Origin: Spirogloea muscicola
Taxonomy: Eukaryota
Assembly (NCBI GenBank): GCA_009602725.1
Contig: WELB01000006.1
Coordinates: 784,344-804,743 of the forward strand
DNA length: 20,400 nucleotides
Direction of reading: 5' to 3'
Numbering within the stretch: position 1 is the first letter of the stretch; each line of letters opens with the position of its first letter. The notes under the pieces are model-generated. The model ran no database searches, had not been told where the DNA came from, and saw only the letters and a list, made by a program, of their open reading frames with translations. The translations under genes were made by a program, and so were the position numbers. Positions 18,564-20,400 of this stretch are shown here, in pieces.

Positions 18564-20400
18564 CTACTCAGAATGTATATGCCCCGAATTCAACGCATAG
18601 GCGCGAGCTTTGTTGCACCAGATATTGAAGCCCTTAGACAAATTTGGCCAGTCTGATGTAGACATACAATACTCCTGCATCCAGGATGTGTAGAGAAGCT
18701 CCTGCTCCAGCATGGGCAAAAACGAGATGGCTCTCTCCAGAGCCTCTTCAGTCTCCTGCATGAGAAAGATTGACAGATGGCCACTTGATCTGTAGCTTTC
18801 TTCTACTTAATCCACTCTGTCACGGAACCTCTTTTCATGCTACAACTGTAACAAAGCTCAGCTTCAAGTGTCCTGGCTGTCTAGCTGAGCAGCTTCTCCT
18901 AGAGGTGCTATGCAGTATGTCACATCATGATAATCCATCATAATGCTGGTGACATCTGTGAGGGCACCAGTGCAGAGGGTCACCTGCTTCTCTGAGTTGT
19001 TTAAAATGGGGCCATCTCCACCATGACGGGCCTTGCAGAGGAGTGGCATCCACAAGAGTAGCAGTCGGAAGCAGACTTCTCCAGATACGCCGATGTCCCC
19101 ATTGCCAACAGCCCTGCATGATGAAGCAGTGAAGGTCCTTAGCGAGGAAGAGTACGCAGATCTTGAGGCCACGCTAGACCAGATTTGACTTGCTCGGCTG
19201 CATGGTAAGGCCATGAGAACAAGTTCCACAGTACATGCTCGTGATCTTCAGTACCATGGCTTCTTGATAATTAGAGCTTGTCATCAAGCCTAGGATCACA
19301 GATTGCTGACTAAATGGCTCCTCACTTGCACAGCGAAGCTGACAGTTGGACCATGTGTCGCTGAACTCGGGGACTGGCAGCAGGTGCCAGTCGTGCTAGT
19401 CCAGGAGTGCAGCTCCACAGCTTCGTGGCCTCTGCCACGCCATTGCAGTCTGCCAGTCTTCTGACTACCCACAGAAGCTCGGCCGCAAGCTTCTCGCCTT
19501 TATCCTCCACTTCCTGGAAGAACGCGGACACTATTCTTAAGTATCAAGACACCAATCTATGCCTGAGTCTGTGCATTACCCTTGAGGCCGCTAGAGCAGG
19601 TCTGATGGGGTAACGAGGCTCTGAAAAGCAGCTGGTTACTGGAGCAAGACGAAGCAGTGGGGGAAGGCAGCTACGTTGTTCTGATGCACTCCAAGCCACG
19701 ACAAGTAGCGGTCGACGAGCTGCCCGAGGCGGCTGGATCCCTGCTTGCTCAGCAGCGCCGCTTCGAGTTTCTTCGCGGTCCGAGCTAGCGTCTGGAGCAG
19801 CGCCGTCCGGTTGACCATGAGCAGCCCCGGGGCCTGCTTGGCATTGTCGCCTAGGATCTTCTCAGCTGGCCCGATGCACACAGCCAAATGGAGGATGAGA
19901 GGCAGCGCAATTGACCGTGATCGCCGTAATTGCTGTGTTTTTTTCAGGTCACTAAGACATCTGCTTCATGCGTGCCACAGATTGCAATGTGGAGCGGTGT
20001 TTGCAGTGTGGAGCGAAGGAGAATCTGCATGCAATTCATCATAAGGGTTTTCTTGTTTGCAGCTGCCATGGCCTGCCAATGAGGCGATGAGGTGGTGAAG
20101 GACGGCACTTCAGCGGATCGCGCCAGATCTGGCCTGAGTTAGAGTGGAGCTCACCGATCGCCCTCGCGAAGTCGTACTTAACGGAGCTGATCGGAATGTC
20201 GGCGACGAGGCCCAGGGTGTGGGAGAGCGTGCGGCCGACGGCGCCGCAGAAGCCGCGGCGGGCGGCGGCGCGAGGGGAGAAGAGCCAGGCGAGGAGGTCG
20301 CGGTGCGCGGCGAGCGCGGCGCGCAGCAGCGAGGCGAGCATGGCGAGCGGCAGGAGCAGCAGCAGGAGCAGCGCCGCGGCGAGGCCCTCGGCGGCGCCGG
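18564..20400 (-). CDS. Uncharacterised plant protein, probably At3g05675-like family; 5' part outside window. Exons 20400-20155, 19865-about 19675, 19513-19326, 19113-18984, 18755-18564
   Basis: In-phase splicing gives KYDFARAI|AEKILGDN...NRTALLQTLART...EKLAAELLW...RLLLLWMPLLC..DGPIL...EQELLYTSW...SDWPNL...WC. The family assignment is from memory of plant homologues, not from a search. Confidence 0.72.

Overview
Eukaryotic, intron-rich DNA from a green plant lineage. A streptophyte alga is the most likely source (inference: plant-type GAD C-terminus, plant-type family members, GC-rich 5' exons with (GGC)n runs). Six spliced genes alternate in orientation (+ - + - + -): the 3' end of a P2B/ACA Ca2+-ATPase, a CDPK-related kinase with a degenerate EF-hand region, glutamate decarboxylase, a YbaK/ProX-type protein, a TK1-type thymidine kinase with an N-terminal extension, and the 3' part of an At3g05675-like protein. 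There is a 919-N gap (14340-15258) and a single N at 4051. The most interesting signal lies in the two head-to-head intergenic regions (about 4400-8470 and 15259-15750). They hold about 11 diverged copies of a ~70-nt motif with a GGCTG...CAGCC hairpin and a CTTCTT-like tail. Three of these sit just downstream of an ungapped 32-codon ORF end, xGRA(L/M)AxxxGxRxxxSxxxASxSD(L/V)xxxTRxY*, conserved through mostly synonymous change. Best reading (inference): head-to-tail arrays of 5'-truncated 3' ends from a diverse non-LTR retrotransposon family, possibly RLE/CRE-like, sharing a structured 3' terminus. Exon boundaries were placed by eye and no database searches were run.
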